64,000 nt of DNA from Candidatus Saccharimonadales bacterium. Lineage in GTDB: Bacteria; Patescibacteriota; Saccharimonadia; Saccharimonadales; 2-12-FULL-41-12. The position numbers and the translations under genes were made by a program. How positions within the stretch are numbered: the first letter of the stretch is position 1; every line of letters starts with the position of its first letter. The stretch spans positions 192,387-256,386 of the forward strand of contig JBFIJM010000001.1 in the NCBI GenBank assembly GCA_041600715.1. Direction: 5' to 3'. Below are positions 63,120-64,000 of this stretch, piece by piece. The notes under the pieces were generated by a model, which saw only the letters and a list, made by a program, of their open reading frames with translations, was not told where the DNA came from and made no database searches.

Positions 63120-63307
63120 TAATTTAAACAGAATTAACGCTTGGCTGGCCAAAAGTTAGGATGTTGAGCTATTTCGGCTGTTCTTCTCACGAAAAGCACA
63201 GGAAGGCGTACATGCGGTACGTCGACTGAGCATTTTCTGAGAAAACAGACGAAATAGCCGACAAAGCAACAATGCATCTGGCTTTGCCAAATGGTGAGTT
63301 GCTAGTC
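63120..63307 (-). other. structured region of about 190 nt between the rpsI stop and the terminator (long 3' UTR or candidate ncRNA)
   Basis: No ORF. There is an imperfect hairpin of about 18 bp (63166-63186 with 63239-63260) enclosing CGTAC-N5-GTACG, plus GGCAAAGC/GCTTTGTC and TTGG/CCAA stems. More GC-rich than the flanks. Confidence 0.3.
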
Positions 63308-63697
63308 CTATCTTTTGGTGAACTGGCGTTGTTTACGAGCGCCTTTAAGGCCGAACTTCTTACGTTCTTTCTCGCGCGGGTCACGGCCTAATAAGTCAGC
63401 CCGGCGTAGGGTGTTTTTAAGACCTTCATCCATCTCGACTAATGCTTTCGCTATGCCGAGTCTAATTGCATCTACTTGACCAGATGTTCCACCACCAGAA
63501 ATACGTACAGTTACGTCGTACTTTCCGTTAAGTTCTAATACATCAAATGGCTTAGTTATTTCACTTAACAACGATTTACTGCCTGCGAAGTACTCTTCTG
63601 CGGGTTTATCATTAATGGTCACAGTGCCCTTACCTTTTAGGACACGTACTCTTGCAGTAGCTCGCTTGCGTCGGCCTAGTCCGTAAAAATATGCCAT
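63308..63697 (-). CDS. rpsI: 30S ribosomal protein S9
   Basis: 129 aa. GRRKRATARV, GGGTSGQVDAIRLGIAKAL, and a C-terminal RKKFGLKGARKQRQFTKR. Confidence 0.95.
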   Translation of the reverse strand: MAYFYGLGRRKRATARVRVLKGKGTVTINDKPAEEYFAGSKSLLSEITKPFDVLELNGKYDVTVRISGGGTSGQVDAIRLGIAKALVEMDEGLKNTLRRADLLGRDPREKERKKFGLKGARKQRQFTKR

Positions 63698-64000
63698 TAC
63701 TTCTTACCTTTCATACTGATACTTACGGGTTTTTGTGCTTCATGCTCATGGGAGTCACCAGCGTATATCTTTAGTCTTTTAAGTCTTTCGTCTCTGAGTT
63801 TATTAACTGGCAACATACCACGGATAGACTGTTTTATAACCTTTGTAGGATCCTTTTCAAGCTCATACTTAAGCGTAGTCTCAGTAAGTCCACCAGGAAA
63901 ATTACTGTGCTTATAATACATCTTATCTTCGATCTTCTTACCTGTTACCACAAGCTTTTCGGCATTAATGACAATCACATAATCACCGCAGTCAATATGC
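63697..64000 (-). CDS. rplM: 50S ribosomal protein L13 (N-terminus beyond the window edge)
   Basis: The frame stays open to the window end (..CGDYVIVINAEKLVVTGKK..YYKHSNFPGG..). The track start at 63978 is an internal GTG. 1-nt overlap with rpsI. Confidence 0.9.
   Translation of the reverse strand, partial: HIDCGDYVIVINAEKLVVTGKKIEDKMYYKHSNFPGGLTETTLKYELEKDPTKVIKQSIRGMLPVNKLRDERLKRLKIYAGDSHEHEAQKPVSISMKGKK

Noticed and set aside
63120-63307. Identification of the post-rpsI structure as SRP (4.5S) RNA or 6S RNA
   Set aside because: The rod-like shape fits. However, the apical loop is a pentaloop (CGCAT) and the conserved helix-8 motifs are not present on either strand. It is kept only as an unassigned candidate.

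Overview
This is an AT-rich (about 40% GC by eye, not computed), very gene-dense bacterial chromosomal window. It holds roughly 75 protein genes and 5 tRNAs. I found no rRNA, no CRISPR array and no recognisable transposase or integrase. Most content is housekeeping: atpD'-atpC; secE-nusG-rplK-rplA; rplJ-rplL; rpmG; rpsI-rplM'; dnaX, dnaB, holB, recR, ybaB; cysS, trpS; tsaC, rluD and an nrnA-like gene. There is also a complete quinol-oxidase respiratory module (cyoABCDE, NDH-2, an FAD-linked oxidase). A glycogen/trehalose set is present (glycogen-synthase-like GT, GH57, GH15, ROK kinase, GH37 trehalase), along with envelope glycosyltransferases and many short hypothetical proteins. Small genes, many 1-8 nt overlaps, ribosomal proteins with extensions, and cyo plus NDH-2 without nearby quinone biosynthesis fit a reduced-genome Patescibacteria/CPR organism, Saccharibacteria-like; this is inference only. 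Signals most worth a second look: (1) TGTGA-N6-TCACA palindromes, three perfect and three 9/10, all in 5' regions and most abutting -10-like boxes, with no cognate regulator in the window. (2) The conserved rplKA/rplJL cluster is split by a 4.6-kb insert. The insert carries a Tmk-tandem-ThyX fusion, dcd, and two divergent unknown genes, each behind a long leader ending in a terminator-like hairpin; one leader has clear terminator/antiterminator/anti-antiterminator logic. (3) A tRNA-bounded islet (Thr-UGU ... Thr-GGU, Tyr) contains duplicated tRNA fragments, a GC-rich structured element built around a split copy of the tRNA-Tyr 3' end, a leaderless small Cys protein and small acidic proteins. 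(4) A tightly coupled P-loop kinase / DUF45 metallopeptidase / PAS histidine kinase operon. (5) Two further unassigned structured RNA candidates (8279-8573 and 63120-63307). I could not assign any of these to a known system. All functional calls rest on motifs read by eye and need database confirmation.
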